From: Geosiphon pyriformis uo1
Lineage: Eukaryota > Fungi > Glomeromycota
NCBI GenBank assembly: GCA_016748015.1
Contig: JAAOMT010000362.1
Coordinates: 1-16,481, forward strand
Direction of reading: 5' to 3'
DNA length: 16,481 bases
Part shown: positions 1-9,395 of the stretch, in pieces
Layout of the letters: every line of letters begins with the position of its first letter
Numbering within the stretch: position 1 is the stretch's first letter
Position numbers and translations under genes: made by a program
Notes under the pieces: model-generated
What the model was told of the DNA's origin: nothing
Database searches by the model: none
The model's input: the letters and a program-made list of their open reading frames with translations, nothing else

Positions 1-339
1 ATAATAAATTGTATAAAAGAAGAGCTTTTTTTTTGAAAAAATGTATTATATTATAAATATTTTAATATATTCAGAATTATCTTAATTAAAATTAGTTAGC
101 TTTAAAAAAATAATAAAAACATTAAATAATTTAAAACCAAATTTCTTAACTATTACGCTTGAAAATTCCCAAAAACTCAACTAATGTTTTGAAATTGATT
201 AGCTATTAATTTCAGTAATCTATTAGTAACTTCAGATTTAAATAAAAAACGATTCACTTAATAAAATTCTATTTTTTTTATATTTCTTTTATTTTCTTAC
301 TATAATTATTAAGATAGCTTACAGACAAGATTTCTGTAG

Positions 340-438
340 AAAAGTTGACTTTTACAACAAAGTAACTACACATTTTTAGTGAGCTTCCAGATAAGTAATT
401 TTTAAGAAAAAGTTAACTTTTACTACAAAGTAACTACA
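340..438 (+). repeat. Direct repeat, two 31-bp copies (340-370, 408-438), period 68 bp, in the putative retroelement leader
   Basis: aaaagttgacttttacaacaaagtaactaca vs aaaagttaacttttactacaaagtaactaca (29/31 identical); weaker similarity extends ~20 bp upstream of each copy. Confidence 0.85.
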
Positions 439-552
439 TATAATAACTGATATAAAATTGGTTATTTTTTTTTATAAATCCAGCAGTTTAAATTATAAAA
501 AATAATTTGAAGATAAATTCAGTTATCAAATATTCAATAACTTCCAATAAAG

Positions 553-2640
553 ATGAATTTACAACAAATAAGTATTAACAACATTCAAAAAAAAAACCAA
601 AAACCTCTAGTAATGTTTAGTGCTTTTCTATGGAAATAACACAGCAATAACAATTTTAAAGTAATGACTACACTAGATACAACAATTCTAATGTATTATT
701 AGTCAATTTACACTTATTATAAGCAAAGATTTAACATTCCAGACAGAATTGAAGTTTTTAAAAAATCATTATACCAATATATTGAAAATTGCATCAACAA
801 TTATTTTTTAGAAACTATAATATTTCAGAAGTCAAAAAAAGTCTCTATAAAAATTTAATACATTATTTTTGATTAAAAACTAAAGACTTTAACAGTAAAA
901 CACTTAAAATTTATTTTAAAAAACTTAATTTCAACATTATTCAATATTGTGAAAAAAATACTCAGTACAATCTAAATATTTTTTTAACTTTGAATCAGAA
1001 TCTAAAAATAGCAATAAAAAAAAGCAGAAAAAACAATATTGTAAGCTATTTATACTGTACATAATACATCAAAAAAACTGCCAAATATCTATAAACATTT
1101 AAACAAAGAACTAGCATCAAATTACTATTTTTAATTACACTATTTCCAATTTTACTTGCTTAATCACAAACACCCAATTCATTATTAATTTAGTTTTCAA
1201 GACCAAAAAATTTTACTATATTGTAAAGTCCTATTTAACAACCAGAATCAATATTTACCAATACTAATCTTTTTGAATACCTAACCAAAAACCAAAATAT
1301 TTATTCTAATAACAATAAAAACATTTTCAAAACCACAGAAAAAAAAACTACTAAAAACAAAAATACAAAAAACATGACAACTACTTAATTACAAAAATTA
1401 CTAAATTCATAAAAAAAGATGCTAACACCAGTTTACAAGAATGGCTCAACAAAATTCAGAAAGCAGAAAATGCAAATGGATAGAATATAGCAAAAATGTT
1501 AAAAACAATTCTATACTTTCTTTAAGAAACAGCAGAAGAATAGTTTGAAAACTTGACTGAATTTTTTGAAAACTAACAAGCATTTAAAAATGCTTTTTTA
1601 GAACAATTTACTAACAACAACACTTTTATCATTCTCTAAAACTGCTTTTACAATATCAAATAAGAATTATTTGAAACTATCATAACATATCTTGAGAGGT
1701 TCAATAAGCTTTTTTAACAAATTTGACAATTGGAAACCAATGACTACTACTTTAATGCCCAGATTTTGGATTAGTTTATTACAGAATTAAAAAACAAACT
1801 CATTAAAAAAGTTTGACTACATGTTTCAAAAAATTTAGCCACTGTTATTTAATATATTAAGACTTATAAAATGGCAATAAAAAAAGCTAACTGCACCAAA
1901 TTTGTGAATCTTGCAATTGGAAAAATCAGCTCAACAACTAAAGAAAAAATTGACCAATTGACCAAAAAAGTTGAGAATTACTTCACCAATCAACAACAGC
2001 AACAATAAATATATCAATTATCCCAATGATGCAATCAAAATAACTACATATCATCACAAAACAACCAATTTCAAAGCTGTTACTATTGTGAAATTTCTAA
2101 ACACTAGAAACAAAATTGCTAAAAAATGCAACAAGACAAACAACAAAAAAATAATTAATATTATTCTTAATCTCAACAATTTTATTACCAATTTTTACCA
2201 CCAGTTTATTATTTGTCAAGACTTCAATACCAGAATAATTACTATTAATTTGCTCCATAAATTATTTAACAGCAGTATCAACAATTACCTGCTTAGCAAT
2301 ATTAAATATTTGTTTAAAGATTAATCCAACAAAACCAATTTACACCACAAAATCAGTTTTTCAACAATAATTGATTCAATTCTAACAACTAATTAGTTCT
2401 TCAAAATCCAGTTCAGCAAAGACTTGTATATTACTATACTCAATCCAGTTATCTTACAATATTAAAAAAATCGGATTTTTAACAAATTGGACTTTTTAAA
2501 GATAAAATTATAGCACTAAGATCAAATTCTTTTAACAATACTATCTTATTAGTTTAAATAGCCCAAAATGCCAACCTTTCAAATATATTTTTATTCAAAT
2601 TTAAAGCCAATAAATCTCTATTTTTACTTAGTAATGCAGC
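553..2640 (+). pseudogene. gag: Retrotransposon Gag relic (N-terminal extension, capsid-like domain ~1374-1900, zinc knuckle, Q/N/Y/P-rich linker)
   Basis: Frame +2 from 1388 reads ...SLQEWLNKIQKAENANG*NIAKMLKTILYFL*ETAEE*FENL...N*QAFKNAFLEQF...YNIK*ELFETIITYLERFNKL...QILD*FITELK, a retrotransposon Gag pattern (W..FK.AFL..F; IKQ..E.V..Y..RF; F..GL). Frame +1 from ATG 553 gives a stop-poor N-terminal extension. Many stops and a few indels. Confidence 0.85.
2078..2119 (+). other. CCHC zinc knuckle (nucleocapsid) coding relic
   Basis: tgt tac tat tgt gaa att tct aaa cac tag aaa caa aat tgc = CYYCEISKH*KQNC, exact CX2CX4HX4C spacing. Confidence 0.9.
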
Positions 2641-2659
2641 AGTTAATAAACAAAAAGCA

Positions 2660-3000
2660 ATTACAATAATGTATACAGAAGTTAAAGTTAAAAGAAAACC
2701 AATTCAGTTAATCTTAGACAGTAGATCTATTGAAAGTATTATTACTTACCAACTAATACAACAGCTTAAACAAACTGTTAACAAACCTGTCCAGACAGTT
2801 ATTGTTACTGTAAATAATATAAAAAAAACTTCAGTAAAAGAAATTAACAATTTTCTTTTCACAATTAACAAAATCATTATTCCAATTAAAATTTTTGTTA
2901 TGGATGTACTCTAATATCAAGCTCTTGTCAGAAATAATTAACTCCTTAAAACCAATGCAAACTTAGACTGGGAAACACAAAAATTAAAAATTTTATATCA
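2660..3000 (+). pseudogene. Retropepsin-type aspartic protease relic
   Basis: ORF 2669-2914: VKRKPIQLILDSRSIESII (ILDSGS with GGA>AGA); continues past the TAA as YQALVRNN*L (LVGNDWL motif); same frame as the Gag capsid region. Confidence 0.9.
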
Positions 3001-3937
3001 AGAACAATATACCTAAGTATCTACTATATGTAATATATTTAACAAACAATTTGAGAAAGTCCTGGTGTTTGAATTTGAAGAGAAAAAAGAAATACCAATT
3101 ATTAAAACATATATGGCTCTTAGATCAACATCTAATTGGGCTAAAAAAACCAGAGAATAGAATATTGTTCAATATTTTACACCAAAACCATAGAAACAAC
3201 CATTTTATATCTTACTTAAATATAAAAACTATAACAAAAAGCTTTTATTAATGGAAGCATGCATATTTTCAAAAGAAGAATATAAAATACACACCTGCTA
3301 TTTTTGTAAAACATGTCATAGAAAATAATTTGAATATTCCAAACAAAGTAGAAAATGAGACAACACTTCTTGTTTTATATGTAAAAAAATACTATTAGAA
3401 GAATACAATTAAATTAATATTGCAATAAAAAAAAGAGTTTGTGATCAAACCTGTTAATATGCACTTTCAATTGCAAAAAAAATAAAAAGAGAAACGTTTT
3501 TCAATGCAGTATATAACAATGTCTTTAATAAATTTTACCATTACTTATATAATGCTAAAATAATCTATGAACTGGCCATAGTTTTAATTAATGAAGAAAT
3601 CCAAAAAGATATATGCCAAATAAAAGAAGCAAAATACATTAAATATACAATAAAATTAACTGAATTTGATTATAAAAATGAAGTAAAAACTTATTATCAG
3701 ATTACAAGTTATGTTTACTTGACCAAAAAAGCTCAAATTTAATGATTAAAGCAAATAAACATTTAACTGTGTGAAGAATGTATTATGCCTTATAATAACC
3801 AATGGTGTCTAAAATGCTATGCAATTAGTATTTTCTTGTTTAGCAAAAATAATGAATATGAAATCGAATTTGGAATATCTGAACCAAAAAAAAATTACAA
3901 CAATTCTGATTTATTTCATCAAAATCAGTCTGTTATA

Positions 3938-4360
3938 CAACTCTAATACTTTAATAACAATAGACAAAGAATAAGACCAAAAAAATCTCATAAAATAAAT
4001 GTTAAATATAATCTATAATATTCAGAAAAAGATATTTTGATCTTCCAACCAAAATCTCTGACAAAAATTAACTTAAAAATTGCTTTCAAAATCTTATTAA
4101 AAACAATGATTCAAATTGCTTTTTAATTATTATTGACAAGCAAAAAAATCAACATTAGAAAAGGAATTATAAATGTGGAATATACTAAAAATATTACAAT
4201 TTTGTTACAAAACAAAATTGATAAAACATTCAAAATTAAACATGCTAAAAAAATTGCTTAAGCAATTTACCTAGCTTTAATCAACATTTTAAGTCTACAA
4301 AAAGTCAACAACAGAGAACATTTAGGAAAAAAAACCTTCCAAGATTTTGGTTTAACTAGA
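3938..4360 (+). pseudogene. dut: Trimeric-type dUTPase domain relic within the retroelement polyprotein
   Basis: Five motifs in order and in one frame (+2): NVKYNL (DAGYDL, 3998-4015), AF*LLLT (ASRSSLA, 4118-4138), GIINVEYTK (GVIDAGYTG, 4163-4189), KIA* (KIAQ, 4250-4261), QDFGLTR (GFGSTG-like, 4340-4360). Nearly all differences from consensus are C>T/G>A. Confidence 0.85.
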
Positions 4361-4819
4361 CAATTTACAGTTTTAGTAAACATAGCTCTTAATGCACAAA
4401 ATAAATTTCATCAGTTTCTTTGACTTCCACAACTAATTACCATATTATATTTTGGAGAACATTACAAAATCAATACTTGTTTAAAGCCTATTACTATTCA
4501 ACAAATCTTTAAGTCAAATAAACAAATTTGTTTAAAGCACAAAATCTCAATCTTAAACATTTATATTCTAAAAAAAATGAAGAAATTTCAAAATATATTC
4601 TACAATTTTAACAACTATTCTATTAGATTAATAAATAAATTAGGAATTAAAATTATATATAGCAATATTTTTTAAGATGAAACTCTTTAAATTGTTTTTA
4701 ATTTTATCAAAATTATAAAACATATCCTATTTTTAAATCCAAATATCACTTCTAATATTAAAAACTACCACATTTTAGAAGAAAAACTCTCTTAAATTAA
4801 CATAAATTTCTTGAAATTC

Positions 4820-5560
4820 TAACAACAAAGACAATTAAAACAGTTAATAGTCAACTATGCTAATATATTTGTCAAAGATAATAACAATTTTAGGAAAACT
4901 GACATTATATAGCATCAGATCTATACAAAAGATGCTTCACTAAAATATTAACAAGCCTATTGAGTTTCACTTACTAATTACCAATTTATTAGAGAAAAAG
5001 TTCAATAAATGTTCAACAATAGTTTTATTTAACCATTAAAAAGCTCTTAGACTTTATCAGTGGTTTTGTAAAAAAAAAAATGGCAAAATCAAATTTTGTG
5101 TAGATTATTAACAACTAAATAGTATTACAATTGGAGATACTATCTATTACTAAGAATTAACAATATGTTAAATACTATAGAAAAAGCCAAGTTTTTTTTA
5201 ATCTTAAACTTGAAAATGGGTACTGGTGAGTTAAAATATATCCCAAAGACCATCTTAAAACAGTATTTACTATTCAAAAAAAAATTTCCAAGTTCAACAT
5301 AATATTTTTTGGACTCTGTAATGCATTAGCAATATTCTAAAGACTTATGGATATTGTTTATAAGACAATTAATAGCCATTTACTTAGATAATACTAATGT
5401 ATACTTTCTAAGCTTTGAAGCTTATTTGATTTATTTGCAAGAAGTTTTTTAACAATTATAAAAAGCAAAATTAAAATTAAACATCAAAAAATATCATTTT
5501 GAAAAAACAAGTTTAATCTTCTTTAGACATATTGTCAGCAAAGATAAAATTTAATTTAAC
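4820..5560 (+). pseudogene. Reverse transcriptase relic (Ty3/Gypsy type)
   Basis: HQIYT, SS*TLSVV.VKKKNGKIKFCVDY*QLN, YLLLRINNML, GYW*V, KTVF, IFFGLCNALAIF*RLM, IYLDNT (YLDD), KLNIKKYHF, FFRHIV (FLGHIV); several 1-nt indels and stops. Confidence 0.95.
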
Positions 5561-5769
5561 CTAAAAACAATTAGTGCTGTTAAGAATTTTAAAGTTCTTT
5601 AAAATATAACAGAACTAAAAAAATTTGTAGAATTAGTTTTTTATTACCAAAAGTTCATTAAAAAATTTTCCAAAATCACTAAATTACTCAACTACCTGAT
5701 CAACAAAAATATAAATATCAATGAATACAAGCTCAACAACAATTATTCAATACTCTTAAAGAGAAACTC

Positions 5770-6178
5770 ATCACAGTCTCAATTTTTGCATATTTAAATT
5801 TCAGCAAAAAGTTTCAATTAGCCACTAATGCTTCACAGATAGCTTTTGATATTACAATTAAATAACAATAGCAATAAGTAAGTAATTGTTTATGCCAATA
5901 AAACTTTCAAACCAACTGAATTCAAATATGGGTCTACCAAATTAAAAGCAGCAGTTATTATTTGGGCTTTGAAATACTTCCAATAATATCTCCAAAATAA
6001 GCCACAATTTGACATTATCACAGATAATATTGATCTCAAATGGCTTAATAAGAAAAGCTCTGAACTTAGTGCTAAACAATTCTAATAATCTAATTTTTTA
6101 GCAGACTACAAATACATTATATACTACAAACTAAGCAAATTATATACAAATATAGATAGTCTTTTCAGAATAAAATAA
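5770..6178 (+). pseudogene. RNase H relic (Ty3/Gypsy type)
   Basis: FQLATNAS (TDAS), VIVYANKTF, YGSTKLKAAVIIWALKYF, IITDN, LKWL, YKLSKLYTNIDSLFR (NADALSR-like), then TAA at 6176-6178. Confidence 0.9.
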
Positions 6179-6231
6179 GATTAGATTCAACATTAAAAAA
6201 CCACTAACCCAACAATAATTAACAAACAAAA

Positions 6232-6505
6232 ATAGATTCTGAAAACTACAACAACATTAAAAACTATCTGAAGACTTTCAAATACCAGAAAATTGGTCTT
6301 TAGCTAAAAAACACTGATTATAACAACAATCTAAACAATACTTTCTGCATTATAACAAAATCTATTATTGAAACTGCTAAAACTTAACAAATCTATTCAA
6401 CAAAATAAAATAAAAATAATAGTATACAACATGTATACAGACTCTTTATTAGAACATCTAGGAAGAAACAACACAATACAAAGAACACTAAAACATTATT
6501 TTTTT
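6232..6505 (+). pseudogene. Integrase N-terminal fragment (pre-zinc region and first half of H2C2 motif); catalytic core absent
   Basis: IDSENYNNIKNYL...YFLHYNKIYY...IIVYNMYTDSLLEHLGRNNTIQRTLKHYF matches H-x6-H-LG...T...YFW of Gypsy integrases (first His CAT>TAT); similarity stops at ~6505. Confidence 0.8.
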
Positions 6506-7894
6506 GATGTGCCTCTATTTTCATCTTATGTAATTTTATCTTTTTCTCTTTCTATTTATTGTCATATTCTAATTTTTTCTTTTGTAACTGTAAATTCTTT
6601 TCATGATATTTTTTTTCAAGATTAAACATTCTTGAAAATTTTTCTGTGCTTGCTCAGTTGCTGATATGAGTTGTATAATTAACTTGGTTATTATTTGATC
6701 TTCCATGATAGTAGTTTGGTTAAAATCAGCTTTGAATTCACCTCGACAACGTTTTCTGATGTCTGAATTACCACTTTCCTTCTCTATATCTTTTTCTCCA
6801 TCTCCCTTTTCATCAGCAGTATTGGCTATAGAAAATGTGTCATAATCAGAAGTTTTCCATACCATTCCTCTCATTGCACTTTGATGAATTATTTCTGCTT
6901 CATTTTTATCTTTTTTTATCTAATAAAAATATTCTTTTAATATTTATACATTTATCGAAATAAAACTCACAAAACTCAGATTAAAAACCAATTACAGACC
7001 CATTAAAATTCCAAGAAAAAAATAATACTTGCCTTTTTTTTATTTTGTCCAATTTCAAAATTGCAAGCTTCTTGCAAATCATCTTATTGTTGCACCAATT
7101 CAGTAAAAAAAATCTCCTGTTTCTCATATTCTTTCTTAGTATCAGATGCATGAAGAGATTTTTATTCATTTGACTTCTATATTGTAATGAGTTTCTCAAA
7201 TTTGTTCTGTGCACGCTTATGATTAATTACACATTCCCCAACAGCAGCATTAAAACCATCTGCAACCTTAGTCTAAGCAGTTTTAATCTGACTATATGAA
7301 GCAATGAAAAGCAGGTGAAGTTAGATTTCCTTGAGCAAGATAATATTTTTTCCAAGATTCCAACAATATTATTTCTTATGTTGTTTTTTAAGTGAGTTAA
7401 CTTCAAAGACTTCTAAAAATAAAAACACCATGAAATAATATATAAATGAATGAATTTTGGCAAAGACTTTCTACATATCATCAGTATCTGAGTTAGGACA
7501 AGTTAATAAAATTTTTTTATAATAATAATAGATGGACATGCAGCTTATAAGTAGATAATGCAGTTGCAACAGTTTGGCAGAAGGGTATATGTGCAGTAGA
7601 TGAAATAAATATAATGGCAGAGAGGTATGTGTGACAAATGGAGTGAATGTGACAGCAGTTATTTGCAACATGACAGGTAGTAAATAGTATAGTAAATGCT
7701 TATTTACTAACAATAAATATAGTCTACAGTCTTAAAATAGATTCGAGAATATCTCTCTTAGGTTTGGACATATTGTAAGACATACTTTGTCAGCTTTTGG
7801 GCTACAGATTGCAAAAAATTAGATAACAAAAATCTCTTACTTGTAGAGGAGATCTACAATGAATTTCAGATTTAAATTTTTTTGTACAAGTCAT
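6506..7894 (-). pseudogene. Four-exon Myb/SANT-like (trihelix) DNA-binding protein pseudogene of the type accompanying PIF/Harbinger transposases; exons ~7894-7786, 7706-7479, 7412-7033, 6919-~6506
   Basis: Exon 3 reads YCWNLGKNIILLKEI*LHLLFIASYSQIKTA*TKVADGFNAAVGECVINHKRAQNKFEKLITI*KSNE*KSLHASDTKKEYEKQEIFFTELV (W..VA, R.QDKF..L, ASG.EEEY.ERE.LL pattern). Exon 4 has EIIHQSAMRGM, an acidic stretch and a coiled-coil-like tail. Phase-consistent introns: 7785-7707 (GTATGT..TTAG), 7478-7413 (ATATGT, inferred mutated GTATGT..TTAG), 7032-6920 (GCAAGT..TTAG). Confidence 0.72.
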
Positions 7895-9380
7895 AAATTT
7901 GTGACTACAGGTAAATTTACAAAAAAAATCATTGTAATACAAACTCTCTAATATTCAAATTATTCGAATGTTTTAAATAATAAAAACTTTGAGTTTTTTT
8001 GTCTAATAAAAAATGTTATTAAGCCTAAAATACATTTTATTAAATAGTCATTTATTTTAATCATGGTTTCTTGTTATTTTTTTGTTTTAAATTAAAATTT
8101 TACAAGCTTTTTAAAATATCATAAATTCATTAAAGAGATTTTAGTAGATGCTTTTTTTTCTTATTGTAGCAAATATATTTTTAATATATTTTTAAAGATA
8201 ATAGTTACATCTTCAAATAAGACTCAAAAAATAGTTTTGTCAAAGTTTTTTTTTTAACTATCAAAGTTCTCATAAGCAGTTTTATTTTTGTAAAAAATAA
8301 ATAAATAAATATATAATACATATAAAATACTAATCAAACTGCTTTTAATTAAAAAGATTTTTGAATTTTGAATATTAATTACAGATTTTTAATAAAAAAA
8401 ACTGTCATTATAGCTTATTATTATGTTTGGTTAAATTAATACAGAATTCTTTTTATCTAAACTATTTCAAAAAGTATTGATATAAAACTATATAGCTGCT
8501 GTTATTTTGTTATTATATTTTTTTTATTAAAAGATAAATTATGCTTAATTTAAAAAATTAGCAGTCAAATTCTTTGAAAATTTTTCAAAAAGGGTAAATT
8601 GAGCACTCAAAGTTTGCCTTTTTTTCATCAAATGCTTTAGAAATTGAATAAAGTTGTACAAAATTCAAAGAGATAATTTAATAATGCTAAAAATTATGAA
8701 TTTTATTTGTGAAACTCAAAAGAGGCATCTTGGATATTTAGCAAGAAAAAAACCCTTGTTTAAGACATAAGGTTTGTTCAATTTTTTCAAATAATGACAT
8801 ATTATGCAAAGCAGCATATTTTGCTAAAGTACATAAAATTAATGGTATAAAACTTTATAGGGACAAATTTTTGAAATTATGAAAAAAGCTTAATTTCTAT
8901 TGATTTTCAGCTAGATTGTCTGTGAAAACAGCATAAAAGAAATCCAAAACTGAATTATTATGTATATTAAAAGTAAATAACTTTATAATAAGCTTTGCAA
9001 CTTTAACTATTTAGTTTCTTATAGAAAAATAAACACATTTAAATTGAAATCAAAAATTTAAGTGCCACAAAACAAAAAATGAGTAGGGGATGCAAAAAGT
9101 TAAATACAAAAAATTAGTGGTAAAGAAGCTCTTTTATCAATTTTATATTTTTAAATTTTAAATGTAAACTTAAATTAATTAATAAATATCTATTTTATGC
9201 TATGTTATTGGTCTTAACTTGTAAAAAAAATAACTCTAAAGCATTAATTATTATTATTATATTTGGTTAACCATGTCTAAACAATTAAGTATTTGTTTTC
9301 TATATTGATAAAAAATTCCCCAAATCTATCGAATCACAAATTATAATGATTTCAACCACATATTACAACTAATAAAGAAT

Positions 9381-9395
9381 TATATATATATATAT
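9381..9395. repeat. (TA)7 microsatellite
   Basis: tatatatatatatat. Confidence 0.8.

Larger units (their letters stand above)
553..6505 (+). mobile_element. Degenerate Ty3/Gypsy LTR retrotransposon internal region (gag-PR-Cys-rich-dUTPase-RT-RNaseH-IN), 3'-truncated; LTRs not identifiable
   Basis: Reading through stops gives ordered motifs: capsid-like Gag, CX2CX4HX4C (2078-2119), ILDSRS (protease DSG site, 2711-2728), five dUTPase motifs, RT FCVDY (5094-5108), FGLCNA (5308-5325), YLDN (5381-5392), RNase H TNAS (5824-5835) and NIDSLFR (6149-6169), integrase HLG (6455-6463). PR-RT-RH-IN order is diagnostic of Ty3/Gypsy. Confidence 0.95.

Noticed and set aside
340-438. CRISPR-like repeat-spacer-repeat
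   Set aside because: Only two imperfect copies, similarity extends into the spacer, eukaryotic context, no cas genes.
1-552. 5' LTR / primer-binding site of the Gypsy element
   Set aside because: No recognisable TG...CA boundary, tRNA-complementary PBS or second LTR copy in the window.
1971-2324. 117-aa ORF
   Set aside because: Off-frame shadow of the gag low-complexity region; the zinc knuckle is in frame +2.
3051-3251. 66-aa ORF
   Set aside because: Off-frame relative to the polyprotein frame that carries the motifs.
6368-6625. 85-aa ORF as a real gene
   Set aside because: Chimera of an integrase fragment and the antisense of the Myb-like gene.
6981-7214. 77-aa minus-strand ORF
   Set aside because: Wrong frame of Myb-like exon 3, running into the intron.
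7950-9100. Harbinger DDE transposase expected beside the Myb-like gene
   Set aside because: No DDE_Tnp_4-type motifs found by eye, even allowing transitions.
9084-9100. taggggatgca as a hAT-like terminal inverted repeat
   Set aside because: No matching inverted partner or TSD seen.
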